Source: Guillardia theta CCMP2712 (lineage: Eukaryota > Protista > Cryptophyta). From it: a DNA stretch of 64,000 nt. The stretch is taken from assembly GCF_000315625.1 (NCBI RefSeq), contig NW_005434645.1, forward strand, positions 419,925 to 483,924, read 5' to 3'. Each line of letters starts with the position of its first letter. Position 1 is the first letter of the stretch. The notes below the pieces were generated by a model. That model ran no database searches. It had not been told where the DNA came from and saw only the letters and a program-made list of their open reading frames with translations. Shown here piece by piece: positions 10,861-24,761 of this stretch. The position numbers were made by a program, and so were the translations under genes.

Positions 10861-13849
10861 CCAATGAGTGTTGGAGCTGTAGAAGTTGATCTAGTAAACA
10901 GGCTTGAGGCCACCTTTCATCCCTGCCTGACTTCACGCGAACCGCAACCTTCTATTGGCATTGCGATCTAACTGCCGGACGTACGAGGCCCATCAGTTTG
11001 TTCGCTACCCAGCGACTGGAGTAGACTACGGCCAGGTTGCGCACTTGGTTTACCACGCCATTTTGAATTCCTTGCGGTCGGTGCAAAATGAGCAAAGTGA
11101 TGAGGTCGAGAACGTGGTGGAAGTAGGCGGTAGGGGTGGTCAATATATGTCAACAGCAACCAGCATTTTTATCGACAAAGGAGGGGTAGCTGGAGCAACC
11201 GGTGATTTTTGGAGGGGTAGGGGTACTATTTGAATCCAAAGATGGGCAATGAGGTGAAGAAAATCAGGAAGTGGAGGGGGAGGAAGCGAGCAGGGGTGGA
11301 GCACGTAAAGATGGTAGCAGATGAGATGAAGGAGGAAACGCTTGTACATGGATCTTGATACTCTACGTTGCGACGAATCAATGGCAACAAGCTTCGCTCA
11401 CGTTCCCATTTCTTTAGGTCGTCGCGATGAAACCAGCATCCTCCTCGTCTCCTTCGTCGCTTCAGTCGGCTAGTGAGTGTTGTTTTCCCTCTTGGGATTG
11501 CAACCGTCTGACGCCTTTCTGTCTCGCCATCCTGTAGACTCGATGGCGGAGAAAGCACATGTCAGGCTGAAAGGTTCACAAGAAAGGAGCGAGCAAAAGG
11601 AAAACTCTCATCCCAACCAAGTTCAGAAAGTATCAAAGTGCGGGTTTGGATCTGGTTCTGCATTGTGGGATCATGTTGAAAGAAGTATGTCAGGAAAGTC
11701 AAGAGCTCTTCTATCCTTGCTCTTTGTGATGCTGCTCGAGACGTCGAGACCAACCTCAGGTATCGCCATCTCCATTCTTCGCCCGCATTTCATATGCTGA
11801 CCACGTTCGATCTCCCGTTGCAGTGCGAGTCTGGAAGGCAATGCAAAAGACGGTGAAAATGCTAGCCAGGACTTTTTCCTCCCTGACTTGTTGTCGCGTC
11901 TTGAAGAAGAGGCTCCACGATCGCAGCTGCTGGAGATGGGTAGCGATTCTTGTTGGTGCCAGTTCTTCCTCCTGACTAACTTCAATAGCTGAGATCTTCC
12001 TGAAAGACCAGGAGCAGCAGGGAGAGGCTCCTGCGCCGTGCCAGGCGAACAAGAAGCGGGTGAGATGTGTTGATCTATCCGTGTTTGCGTTGAGAGCAAC
12101 GAAGGTCCATCAGAGGAAAGAGAATCATGCTGGGGTCTCTCAAACTTCAGGTGACCTTCATGCCACCCCTTGCCATCCTCTTATGCTGGGAAGCAGAGCG
12201 AAGGTCGTCCCAGGAGAAGGAGCAGGACCTCAGTTGTCCGGCTCAGGAAGGAGGTAACGAACGAGCTTGAGCAAGGCATGTCCCGAGCCCTGGTGACGGG
12301 GCTGTGCTGAGCAGGTGCTGGAGATCAGCTGAACTCTTCGAAGAACACGTCGATTTCGACGATCCCTGACACGTCTCTGCCTGTTGACCTCTCGCACATG
12401 CGCTCACTGAGATCGTGCGGTAGAAACGCCAGCGCAGAATCCTCGATGGAAGCCAACGAGTCTTCAAGAAACTCAGCGGAGAAATCAGAGGAGGCAGCCG
12501 GAAAGCGCAAGAAGAATCCTCCTGGCCTGCAGAAGAACGCCTCGCTGCAGGTGGAGCCTTCTCTCAGCGACAGGCCTCCCTCATCTCCTCGCAGATGCTC
12601 CTCATTCGCATCGTTGCTACGGTGCTTCCGTTCGGCTATGGGCGCGTGCGGTGGGGCTGGGAGGGTGAGACAGTCAGTTGCGTTCGCCTCTTCCCTGACA
12701 TGGGCCGACGTTGGCAGAAGTGGCTCAGCGCTTCAACCATGAGAAGTCAACTCACGCCAAGGTGAAGGAGGAGCGAGTGGGCAAGTCCCTGACTCCTCCC
12801 CCAGTTCTCGCAAGCCAAGAACGTGTCGGGGCAGCTCTGCCGGGAGGTCTGGCTGCGCATCCTCAGCTCTTGGCAGGTAGCTCAGCTGGAGGTGTGTTGG
12901 ATGCCTTGCTCATGACTGAGAGTCTGTCAGGCTGGAGAAGCTCTTGAGCTGGAGGAATACCCGGACGTCGACCCGAAAGAATGGTGGGCAATCTGAAGAT
13001 GGCGGGGTAGGGGGGAGAGCCTGACGGGGACGCAGGGACCGTTGTATCAGTGAGATCGAACAGGTGCTCAAGCCCCAGAAGTGCAAGAAATCCTCCAACA
13101 GGTTGAGCTGAGCTCAGAGCTCTCGGGCAGCTGAAGATGCTCGCAGCGACAAGGGGGTAAAGGAGCATGAAAGGGAAGAGGAGGACAAGGACATGGAGGA
13201 TGCTGCAGAATCCCATAAGCTGAAGAAGCTCCGCAGTGATGAGCATGGCGATCATCAGGTTTCCTTTTCCTGGCACTTGACCGTCCTCTCAGTGTCGTCC
13301 AGGTTGAACCAGGAGCGAAGAAAGTCAAGACAAGCCACCCCCCGTCTCCTCCTGGCCTCGGCTCTCCCCAACGCTCCCATGGCGGCGATTCCAAGGTCTG
13401 TCCTCCTACTCGCTCTGATCTTCAGTGATGGGAGGGCAGGACCAAGTGGAAGAATCGTTTGCCACGGAAGGAGACACAACAATCACAACTCACGTGACTG
13501 CTTGCTCTTCTCCACCTTATCGCCACTTCCGTTCTCCTCCCCTTGCCTCTCTCCTTGCTGTTCCCCTCTTTCCCTCCCTCCATACCTTCCATCCCCTCCC
13601 CCTTTCCTCTCCCCTCCATGCCTTAACACCTCTCGTTCGTCCAGGGCGCCACGAGTCCTCGCAGCCCTGCCATCGACGTCTCTCCCATCTCGCTTGCATA
13701 CGAGCGAGGGAACTTGACCAGTCAGAACCCCTACAGCCTCCTCGCCCAGCGGAATCACGCGAGGGCCGGGGAGACGCCGGAGAGCATCCCTGCTTCCTCC
13801 TCTCGGTGACTCCTTGGTTCCCTCCTCCTCTACTCGCTCATGGTTGTGC

Positions 13850-14320
13850 TAGGCATGCGTCTACGTCGGACAGGAGAGAGCGAAGGGAGGGAGGAGTGAC
13901 GGCAGAGCTGCTTGCACTGGAGCAGGAGAAGTTTGCCTTCTACAAGAAGGTTGTTGCCCTCTGCCGGTCCTCTGCACTGAGCATGTCCAGGTGGAGGAGG
14001 AGAAGCTGGAGATCATGAGGAAGGAGGCTGAGAGCCGCATGGCGTTAGAGCGCGAAATGCAGCACAAGGTGACAGCAAGCCCTCTCTCTGCCCGTTTTCT
14101 CTCCTCCTCTTCGCTCTCCTCTCTTCGTCCTCCTTCCTCGTCCTCGTCCTCGACCTCCATCCTTGTCCTTGTCCTTGTCCTCCTTATCCTCCTTGCGCCT
14201 CCCTCATCGTCGTCCTCATACTCCGCAGGTGCTCGAGCGCTTCGGGGAGATGTTGAAGACTTTGCAGCAGAGTCTCACTCCTCGCAGTCTCTGAGCCTTC
14301 TGGCCGTTAAACTAGTTTGA
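13850..14320 (+). CDS. 3' exons of a hypothetical coiled-coil protein (5' part unresolved)
   Basis: Spliceable helical exons AELLALEQEKFAFYKK / VEEEKLEIMRKEAESRMALEREMQHK separated by GT-AG introns. Confidence 0.4.
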
Positions 14321-15455
14321 CTTTGTTGTGTAACCTAAATAAACACCATGAAACATGTACACCTAACTCTACAAGTGGAACTGAAGGCCCTTCTTCCTCT
14401 CCGCTTCTTCCATCACCTTTCTCACCAGCGCGAACTTGGTGCATCCCTTGGGCACCTGGACGACTCCCTTCACTATCTGCAGCTGATTGCACCGCATTGG
14501 CAACGGGCGCGAGCGATCGCCTAGCAGTCTCATCAGGTCTGATGGTTTGACAAGAGAGGGGGGGAACCTGTCCTTGCATCGGAGACCCGCTGTTGCTGCT
14601 CGTGAAGCTTTGCCTTAATGTGTGCTAGCGCTTGTAGCTGTAAGGCCAGGATCAGTGTCGATGAGCGCGGTCTGATGAAGGACCTTTGCCGGATGTTCAA
14701 GTAGCACATTTCTCCTGTTTACACGCTCATCGTTCCCAGAATCTACAGCACAGTAAGTAGTCGGACGACCATTGCTCCCCTTGTCCTCCACATAGCTCTG
14801 CATTATGCGGCGTCTCCCCACTTCTCTGCGTCACCTTCCCTTCCCCACCATCCCTTTGCTGCGAAAGCACCTTTCCTAAATCACATCTATGGTCCAAATG
14901 GCCTCTCACCTTCTTACATACCTTCTCCTCGCCTTCTATTCCTCACCCTCCTGTTCTCCTCCTCGTCTCCTCGTCTCCTGGTCTCCTGGTCTCCTCGTCT
15001 CCTCGTCTCCTCGTCTCCTCGTCTCCTCGTCTCCTCTTTCCCTCCTCTCTTCGTCTCCTCTCCTCACCTTCTCCTCTCAGTCTGCTGGCCAGGACGATGA
15101 TCACAGCCGCCATAACCAGTGCCCAACTTGCCCTTACCGCCCGCACCATTTTGGGCTTGACGGTTATCCAGTGGTATCATGAACGTTACATGCGATTGAG
15201 TGAGGGATGAGGGGCAAAGTTGAGAGGGGATGTGGTCAGATACAAGCAAAGCAAAGGAGCGAGATCAGGGAGGTCGAGGACGAGGACGAGGACGAGGACA
15301 AGGACGAGGACAAGGACAAGGACGAGGAAGTGGTTGGCAAACCTGATTCTGTCGATATCACTTGCTGCGTGTGAGCATTCCGCTCCTTCTTTTCCTACTC
15401 GCCACTCACTCACCCTCGATTCCTCGCAGTCCTTCCGCACTATTTTGCAGCAGCC

Positions 15456-17360
15456 ATGGAGAACATGTGTCTCAACTACGAGAACAGGTTCCTCCTCATC
15501 TCCTTCTTGCCCCATCCCGAACTCTGCATGACCATCTCCTGAAGGTGCCTGGGAATCACAGGCGGGCACCGTGAAAAGCTGCCGATGTTGCTTGTTACTG
15601 GGTTCTTGGTTTGACGCTTTCATGCTTTTGTTCGCCTCAGCTCACGGAGGAACCTGGCAGGGCTCAGGAAAGACGACCCTCCTCCGGCATCTTCTCACGT
15701 ACAGTCATGCGGCCGCATGCTCTGACTGCTGTTGAAACGTGACTCCTGTGGCAGGAACAAATCGAACCTCAGGATAGCCGTGCTGGTCAACGAGATCGGA
15801 TCCATCGACATCGACGGAGAGCTGCTCAGGTGCGAGAGGCGAACTTGAGCTGCTGCGTCGACCTCTCACTTGGCACCATCAAGGTCATGCGACAACAACG
15901 CCGGCCTCGGCATCTGCACGCAGGAGCTGACCAATGGCTGCGTTTGCTGCAACGTGCGGGACGACCTCAGGAGGGAGGTGTTGAAGGTGCTCGAGCGGAG
16001 GGAGACAGTGGACTACCTGGTCATCGAAACTTCCGGCGCTGCTGATCCTCGTCCTGTTGCTGCGAGCTTGAACAAGCTGTGCAGGCTCGACTTGGTGGTC
16101 ACAGTTGTTGACGCAACCGCCATCTCCTCCCAGCTCGAGACGAAGCTGGCACGGCAGCAAATCTCGGCGGCAGATTTCATCCTGCTGAACAAGGTCGACC
16201 TCCTCGGCTCTGAGCAGGCTGTGTCCGAAGTGGAACGGGAGATATCGAAGTTATCGTCCGCCAAGATCGTCAAGACGGAGTATGGGAGAGTCCCCATTGA
16301 GCTGCTGATGGACCTCCATGTCGAGACGATGGGCAGGGGAGGTGACACGGACACAGGGTTCATGTCGCATGACGGCACTGGTAGTCAAGTGCTCTACTCG
16401 GTGGGAGGACATGCGCACTTTCACAACAAGAAGCTGCATGCTGGTTTCGAGGATCACACGGCTCACCACGAGGGCCAGCACCATGGCGGGCACGATGAAC
16501 AAGAGAGGAGCTCTATCCGGACTCTTGCCTTGTCCCTGACGGGTCCGGTGTCCCTGCGCAAGTTCCAGCGGTTTCTGTACGGAGATCTGCTGCCGGAGGA
16601 GCTGGGAAGCAACCTGGTCATGAGGGCCAAAGGGTTGATCTGCTTCGCTGAATGCCGACGGCACAAGTTGGAGCTTCACGTCAGTGGGCTGCAGCGAGTC
16701 GACGTCACGCACGAGGGGGCGTGGGAGAGCACTCCCAAGACGAAGATGGTCATCATAGGGAGCGGGTTCGACCATGCCAGGATGCAGGCGGCCTTCGAGG
16801 CCTGTGAAGCCAGGGACGAGGAGCAGACGTTGGAGGAGGAGGAGGCGTTGGTGTACCTGAAGGTCTTGATGTCTGCGGGTGCAGATGACGTCGTCTGATG
16901 TTTGCATGCAGGATCTGATTGATGCTGATCCCATGTTCGAGGTGATCCGCGACGAGGACGGAGCGGCACGTGCCACAGGGGGAGCGATTGTCGTATCGTT
17001 CATCGAGACAACAGACATGAAGCTTCACGGCGTTTACAGTGACGACCTGAACAAAGAGTTGATCTCCCTCTTCAACTCGCTGCGGACCAACTTTCTCGTA
17101 TCTATCCCTCATGTCCATGGCTGACTTGTGCACCTTAACTTGCCCTCAGGCGGTCCCCTCGACAAGGACGAAGTGCAAGGGCACAGACATCCTGCTCGCC
17201 TCTCCTGCAACCAAGCAGGAGGCAAAGCATCTGGCTGAAGAGCTGCATAAAAGTGGCCGACGCATCATAGGTCTTCTCTCTGTCCTCGCCATACTCCGAG
17301 GCTGACTTTTGACTGACAACAGACGCCAAGGCCATCTCGGGTTGTAAATGTGGCTTCTAG
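15456..17360 (+). CDS. CobW/COG0523 (ZNG1-like) G3E P-loop GTPase metallochaperone, multi-exon
   Basis: Spliced VTGFL/GSGKTT, AVLVNEIG, GCVCC (CxCC), IETSG, LNKVD, His-rich linker and CobW_C-like MRAKG...VIIG. Start uncertain. Confidence 0.88.
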
Positions 17361-17376
17361 AGAGTGAGCAGAAGCA

Positions 17377-17435
17377 GGGAGGGAGGGAGGGAGGGAGGGA
17401 GGGAGGGAGGGAGGGAGGGAGGGAGGGAGGGAGGG
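17377..17435. repeat. (GGGA)n microsatellite
   Basis: Perfect tetranucleotide run. Similar runs occur at ~21299-21332 and ~45019-45086. Confidence 0.95.
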
Positions 17436-17523
17436 ATCAGGTTCAAGGTTTATCTGTATTGCTGCTTGGATGTGAGATGGTGGATTCACATCATCCGCAT
17501 CAGTGCAATGCGGTTCATGTGTT

Positions 17524-18452
17524 TCATGGCCATGGATGGTGATATCCTATCAATACTCTCTCCTTTGGAAAGACCCTTTGTACCTATACGAGCCAATCAT
17601 CATCGACGATCACTGCCCTCCTCCTCCACCACCACCACAATCTCCTGCTGCTGCTGCTGCTGCTCCTCCTCCTCCTCCTCCTCCTCCTACGCTCACTCAC
17701 CTTGCCAACGCGGTTCAGAGGCCAAAAGACATGCGTTACTCGCCCATGGATGAGAGCGAGGGGAACAGGACCGAGCTGTTTGCTGCCATGCCGATAAGAA
17801 AGATGCCAGGACAGAGCACAAGGGACTGTCAGGGGACAGGGAGGAAGAAGAGAAAAGAAAGGGGAGGGAAAGGGGGGGGGGGGGAGGACGGCTGACCTAT
17901 CGATGCTGTTATCTTCGTTGTCGCCCTCGATCCAGCAGAAGCCTTGAGGGACCGGAACGATCCCCTGCGAGTCTGTCTTGACCTTGTCGCCCTCCAGCGC
18001 AATCTGCATCGGCACTCAGCACGCGCCATCACTGGCGACAGCGAGCAGCACCAGGCGCTTGACGATCCACGAGTTTGGCTTGTCCGGGCTCTTGAGGAGG
18101 CAGACATCTCCTCGTTTGTACCTTGCCATGCGGATGGTAAATTTGTCGAGGAGAACCCTGCGATCAAGGTCACAGCAGATACAGCAGGAGCACGCGCGAT
18201 TTCACCTGTCCCTTGTAGTCGATCCCTTGGGATTCAAGACCGGTTGCATGGACCCGCCTTCGATGCAAGCAGTGCTGACTTGACGTCAGAGATCGTCATG
18301 GAAGGAGTGCTCTGGACCTGACAACGCTGTCGTTTACGGTAATGGCTACTGGGATAGCGAAGAGGACGTGTTTGGCTGTTTGCATCTAGATGGTAAAATC
18401 AATACACGTATAGATAGTTCATGAGATTCACCAGATTGCGAAAGTTTGTCAT
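17524..18452 (-). CDS. IMP2: Mitochondrial inner membrane protease subunit (peptidase S26, IMP2-like), multi-exon
   Basis: Spliced IEGGSMQPVLNP (catalytic Ser), RGDVCLLKSP, IVKRL/IALEGD (catalytic Lys), VPQGFCWIEGDNEDNSIDS, GPVPLALIHGRVTHVFWP. Confidence 0.85.
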
Positions 18453-19385
18453 GGCGAGTACCCTCCAGTCGACCCGATTTGAATGATTCTCAAGCTTCAG
18501 CAAGATCGTCTCTGCTCCACTCAAGGGCTTGGAGGGACTTCAATGGGTTCCCTCGAAAGTGACGCGCCTATCACACATGCTCTACTCTCAAGTCTGCATC
18601 CTCCTCGCTCTTTCTCTCTTTACCTCTCAAAAACTTCTTTATCCAGTCCTCTCCTCTCCCTTCCTCTCCCCTCCTCTCCCTTCCTCTCCTCTCCCTCCCT
18701 CTCTTCTTCCTCTATCGTTCCTTCTGCTTCGCTTGTTCACCTGTCGCTCCAGTACTAAGCCACTGCCATGCTTTGCTAAACCCACCCCCTACCCCCAGTT
18801 GAAGAATTCCTACTAAATTCTCAGAAGTTTTGCTGAAATATGCTGAGCCATATTTAATTTGAAAAACTTATTTTCAAAGTCTGCCAATGAAAGTTAAAAA
18901 AATAGCTCAAACTGACCACCTAATATTTAGCCTAAATATTATTAGCTAAAGTCTTTATTTGAAATTGATCAAGCTGACTTGGAAACAACCTGAGGGTAGT
19001 TTCAGATGAGAATTTGGGGGGTGGGGTGGGGGGTACCCAAAATAGATGGGCAGGAGCGGCATGGAGGTACGAGATGCAACGATGCGGATGATTGCGGCAA
19101 TGGTGACGATGGAGAGAAGGAAGATAGGATGAAACCACATAGCTTTGAATGTTATCATACTGATGGGATGATATGATCATGAATCTGATGATTCGACGTT
19201 GAAAATCAAAAAGAGGAATGCAAGTAGAATGGTTTCCCGAGACAAGCGGAGGAGTGACTAGACGATAAATAATAACACAAGGATGATCAGTACAATATAA
19301 ACATTGGGCAATTTTCAATTGTTATGATATGTGGAAGAATATGTACCGGATGAGGAGATGGCATTTCGAGACGAGGAAGGGAAAA

Positions 19386-22348
19386 ATGCCTTTCAGTTCC
19401 AACAGTTACGAAAGGGTAGGACGAGCTAGAATAATAGGATCAGGGTCAGCATGAGGAGAGCTCGACCTCTCATTCAAAAACATTTCCCATGCTGACAAGC
19501 TGGACAGGTGGAAGCTCCCATGCTGCTCAGCTACCAGCGAGGGGAAGTGTTTGTTAGGGCTTCAGAGTCTTCCTCGGCTGGATCATCCCGTGCGAAGACT
19601 CTTGGCTATGTCCTGCTCTCTTGCACAGCTCTGTTCGCCCTGGCGCTCCTCATCGGGAGCACTGGCCCGAGACGATCCGAGCTGGGGATGATCGGAGGTG
19701 AAGGAGGCAGGAGGCTAGTTCTGCGACCACTGATGCCCCTGAAGACATTAGCACCATCGGCGAGATCCATGCCGCGTACATCCATGGCAGCATCCCGACG
19801 GCAGCGCAGGAGGCGGACGACATCATGGACCTTCCCTTCCCTGATGCTGTGAGCTGCGATGAGGAGATGTGGAGACCCTCGCGCTGAGCTTTTGGCAGAG
19901 GAACGGATCCGACGCCAAGGAGTGGATGCCCAGCGCGTACATCAGAGGTAGTTCGGATGAGGGAGCAGGTGGAAGGGCTGAGGCAAGATGCAGGGTCGAT
20001 CGACACGTCAGCTCAAGAGGCTCAGGATATCACTGGGGTGGCGAAGGACCCGAGGAAGGAGTTCTTGTATCAGACCAAGGCGAAGACGAGCAAGCTGGGG
20101 ATGATTGGAGGTGATTCTTGTCGAGCAGCTTGCAGCTTGCTGACAAGAGCTCCTAAGATATCCACACCATCAACTCAATCCATGCCGCCTACATTCATGG
20201 CAGCGTCCCCACGGCCGCTCAAGAGTCTGATGAGATCACTACTTTCGCCTTCCCGGATGAGGTGACGGAGGTGTGAGGAGTTGCAAGCCATCTGAAACTG
20301 CAGCGGCAGAGGAATGGATCGGACTCAAAGACCCTCATGCCCAGCGCTTACGTCAGAGGTTCGTCGAGCCGTCGCCTTGTTGACGACCTGAGATCAAGCT
20401 CTCCAGGTTCCATCGATACTTCCTCTCAGGAAGCCTCGGACATCACTGGCGTTGCCAAGGACCCAGTGAAGCGAAGGGTATGTACACAAGCCGATGATGG
20501 TTGCCTGCTGACGTCTAGCCGCAGCTCCAGGCGAAGCAGAGCCGACTTGAGAGCCATTACAACCCCCAGCTGAAGGCAAGGAAGTCCCAGCTAGGAATGA
20601 TTGGAGGTAGGGCGTTTCCGGTTCCCGTTGTCAAGTAGTCTGAGACGGACGTGCGTTGCAGACATCAGCACCATCAACGACATTCACGCCGCATACATCC
20701 ATGGCAGCGTCCCGACGGCAGTGCAGGAGTCGGACGACATCATGAACATGCCGTACCCCGATGAGGTTCTTGCATGGCCGCGACTGTTGGCGGCGACTGA
20801 CGAGGGGTGGTAGAGGAACGGCTCTGACTCCAAGGACCTTATGCCCAGCGCCTACTTACGAGGTGAAACGACTAGGAGGGGGGAAACGAGGCTGACCGGG
20901 CTGTTTTAGGATCGATCGACACCTCCTCTCAAGAAGCGTCGGACATCACTGGAGTAGCCAAGGATCCAGTGAGGGAGAGACTGCAGCAACCAAGCAAGGC
21001 TGGTGCGCAGCTCAAGACATCGTCAGGTTGTTGTTGAGATGAGAGGAGGCTTCTTGGTGTAGCGAGATCTGGAGCTGAAGGAGAATGGAAGGCTTGTTGA
21101 GAGAAGGAGGGCGAGGAGTTGCCAGCAGGGGAGGAAGCCAGGAGAGAGAGAGTTGGACAGAGAGGAGGGGAAGAGGAAGAACTCTAATTCCTTGCTTCAG
21201 CTGACTCCTACAAGGATCGTGCACGAGCACGGCTACAGCAGCGAGCTCGCTTGACCAAGCTCGGGATGACTGGAGGTGAGAGATAGTGAGGGTCAGGGAC
21301 GGAGGGAGGGAGGGAGGGAGGGAGGGAGGGAGGAGGAGTTGGTGACGGGGTTGAATCGGCAGATATCAGTACGTTGAAAGACATTCATGCTGCCTACATC
21401 CATGGCAGCATCCCGACGGCCGCGCAGGAGTCTGACGAGATCACCAACTTCGCCTTCCCCGACGAGGTGAGAATGCGAGTCATCCGCTGATGCTGATCCT
21501 GACGTTGCTGCTGCTGCTGCTGCTGATGTAAATGTTGCTGATGCTGTGCGCAGCGAGATGGGTCGGACTCGAAGGATCTGATGCCGAGCGCCTACATCCG
21601 AGGTGAGTGAAGAAGCTCTTTCTCCTTCCCTCCCCCTTGCTCTCGCTCTCGCTCTCGTTCTTGCTGTTCCTTACATTCCCCCTCCTCTCTCAACACATGC
21701 ACGCACACTTTCTCTTATTCCTGTCCATCCTCTTTGTCCCTCCTCTCTCCCCTTACGACCAGCGGCAGGATCGATCGATACCTCTGCTCAGGAGGCCACA
21801 GACATCACGGGGGTGGCGAAGGATCCGGTGAAGCGGATGGTGAGAAGACCATGAGGGGAGGGTGGGGAAGAGGAAGAGGAGGAGAAGACGAAGAAAGGAG
21901 GTTGTAGAGAGGGGTAGTGGCAGGGATGAGATGGAGAGTGAGAAAGGAAGGAGATGGCGAATAAAAAGCAAGGAGGAGGAGAGGAGGTGGGGGAGGATGG
22001 GTAGCAGTTGACGATGGAGCAGCTTCAGGGCCGCAAGGAGCTGTTGATGCAGAAGCCAAGACAGCAGAGGGCGACCCTGGTAAACCATCATCCCCCGCCT
22101 CCTCTCCTCCAACTCTCTCCCTCCCCCCTTCCCTCTCTCATCGTACCGTCCCATCCTCCTTGTCTCGTCTTCCGCCTCCTCCTAGTCCCTCATAACTAAC
22201 TTGGCTGGGGCAGACAAAGAGGATCGAAGATCTGGAGGGTGTTAACGAGAGACTCAAGCAGAAAGTTCTCGCGCTGCAGAAGGTCTGCCAACTAGACGAT
22301 ATGATGAGGAGCTGACACTTGCAGCAGCAGAACGTCAAGAAGCCCTAA
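19386..22348 (+). CDS. Signal-anchored protein with four tandem ~90-aa repeat units and a C-terminal coiled coil, function unknown
   Basis: TM segment YVLLSCTALFALALLIG. Four copies of LGMIGG-DISTI..IHAAYIHGS.PTA.QE.D.I...PDE-RNGSDSK.LMPSAY.RG-SIDTS.QEA.DITGVAKDP with conserved intron positions. Start tentative. Confidence 0.75.
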
Positions 22349-22938
22349 ACGGCTCCCTCGTTCTCCTTCCCTCTACCTTTCCCCTTCCCTCTCCTTCCAC
22401 TAGACCGTGATGGTCGACGTGCTTAAGTTACAGTTACCGTTTTCACGTTGTGTTTTGCTAACAACTCTGCATCATATTCATTGAAGAAGCTTCTGTTTGT
22501 ATCTTGTCGCTGTCCTCCTCCTCTCCAGCGCCTCTTCCGTCTCTCATCATATCAGGTCCGTCTTTCCCAAGTTCCAACATCCGACTGCCTCCCACCTGCT
22601 CCCCGTCAGCTCACGAGCAAGGCGAGTTGTGCTACTGACGATTCTCCTCCCGACGGCCTCATCCACTCCTCGTTGACCTGCGGGAGAACATCGTCGAAGC
22701 TGACAAGCATGAGGAAACAGAAAGGAGCAGACGAAGCAACGAAGGCGGAGCAGGGATCGAGAGGAAAGGAGGGGAGGGGAGGGGATGAGATGGGATGTGG
22801 GAGAGAAATGAGGAGCAGGGAAATGGGAAAGGAGAACCAGAGGTGGGGAAGATGTGCAGCACCTTGTGTGCGTTGCAAGCGTCAAGGTCGAGGAAGCTTT
22901 CACAAGACGAACTTCTGCCTCCTCCTTCCTCTTGGCCA

Positions 22939-23481
22939 TCAAGACGAGAACTTTCCCTGGTACCGTCCATGATCAAATATCCTCCTCCTCCTTCTCCTCC
23001 TCCTTCTCCTCCTCCTGCCTTGGCCCTCTTGCACTCCAATCCCCTTCCCTGCCTCACCTGAGTTTGGTTTCGGTCGTTTCCTCAAAGTCGCTGGTGTTGA
23101 ATCGAGTCTCACGTCACCCCCTCCTTTCCCCCGCAGCCTCCCATGCGCCTCCGAGCTCTCAAGTTTGCAAAGCTCCATCCAGCCCTCCTCCCTTTCATCC
23201 CTCTGCTTTTTCTCCTCCTCCTCCTCCTCCTCCTCCGACCTGGCACCTCGTGAAGTTCGCTTCCGCTCCTCCTCCGACTCCAAGTTGCAGTCGAGCGCAT
23301 GCAGGAGGTCGTAGGTGCTCTTCTCTCCTCGTGGCGCTTCCTCGCTTCCCCTGGAGCACACCGGCTGCCAGCAGCTCTCTGCTGCTCCCCCACTCTTCCT
23401 CTGCATGCTCGTCTTGTAGATGTTCGTCCACTTGATAGGAGCTCCTCGCCTGTGCCACATCGCCTCCCTACCTTCACACCT

Positions 23482-23515
<34 letters not shown>

Positions 23516-23792
23516 CCCCCAGCCCCTGCTCCTGCTCCTGCTCCTGCTCCCACTGGGGCCACCTCTCGTACCATTGATGCTTCTTCTTTCTGCTTCTTGT
23601 TAACTCTGAAGGAGTCCAGACCGGAAGGTTTCCTCGACCTCGCACTTGTTGCTGATGCTGATGCTGATGCTGATGCTGATGCTGATGCTGATGCTGATGC
23701 TGATGCTGATGCTGATGCTGATGCTGATGATGTTGCTGAGGTTACATGTCCTCTATGCGGGGCACACGTAGTGGTGGGGATTGGCTCTTCAC

Positions 23793-23833
<41 letters not shown>

Positions 23834-23931
23834 GCCGCCCCTCTTTGTTTCTCCTGCTCTTCCTGCGCCTCCTCCTCATCGTCGGAGGAGGAGATCAAGT
23901 CGAAGGAAGGAAGTGCAGCTCGTTTGATCAT
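22939..23931 (-). CDS. Low-complexity hypothetical ORF (polyQ, SA and GA repeats), gene structure unresolved
   Basis: 330-aa open frame dominated by (GCTGAT)n, (TGC)n and (CTCCTG)n microsatellites, with no recognisable domain. Confidence 0.3.
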
Positions 23932-24005
23932 TCAATCTTGAGGCCTTGCTGCAGTCATACAGAAATCCCTGTGCATAGCATGTGAGATCGTTACGATGGA
24001 AAGAG

Positions 24006-24046
<41 letters not shown>

Positions 24047-24761
24047 GGAGGAGGAGGAGCACCCCCTACAAGGAAGGATCTTTGCAACGGGTCTCCAACA
24101 GGGAGGAAAGTGTGAGAGGATAGCGCATCAGAGGAGCAGAGGTCGGGAGGCCCCCCTCCCCCCCCCCCGCCAATTTCAACCCTTTCCGAATCCTTGAAAT
24201 GCCCCGCCTCCTCCCCCACCATTTCACTCCCCGCCTACCCCGCCCACCTCCATTCCTCCCCGCCGCCGTCCCCCCTCCCTCCTCCTCCTTTCATGGCTGA
24301 GAAGGGAGACAGAGGAAATGCGTGCAGCAGGTCGTCGTTGCCTCTCGCAGCTTCACGCATCCTACTCAGTCCCTCATTCCATGTGCGACCAAACTCAGAT
24401 GGCAAGGGATAACAAGTTTATTTGGCAAGCGTGCATAAGAATCAGAACGTTGACGGCGTTTTCCTTTATGTGAAATGCTGCTTTCATCCCTTCATGTGAT
24501 GTTCTTGCATGATTTCATCTTCATACCTGCTGGTATAATCTCTCCACATGATATACGGATGTTTCCTCATAAAAAGATTTGCTGATATATTCCAATCAAC
24601 CGGTTCCGAGTGAGTTGTGTTAGTAAACAGAATAAGAAGTTGCATGCTAGCGATTGAGATCCAAGTCGAATCCTCCTAGCATGGCCGACAAAGGGTACAA
24701 GGGTCCATCACAATAGCCAATGAACCAGATTGAGCTGAAAGCTCTCACAATAGGCGTTGTT

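Noticed and set aside
10950-12700. Probable minus-strand gene fragments
   Set aside because: I could not assemble a consistent exon chain or recognise a domain.
14307-15250. Short minus-strand ORFs
   Set aside because: No recognisable product, and the region is interrupted by microsatellites.
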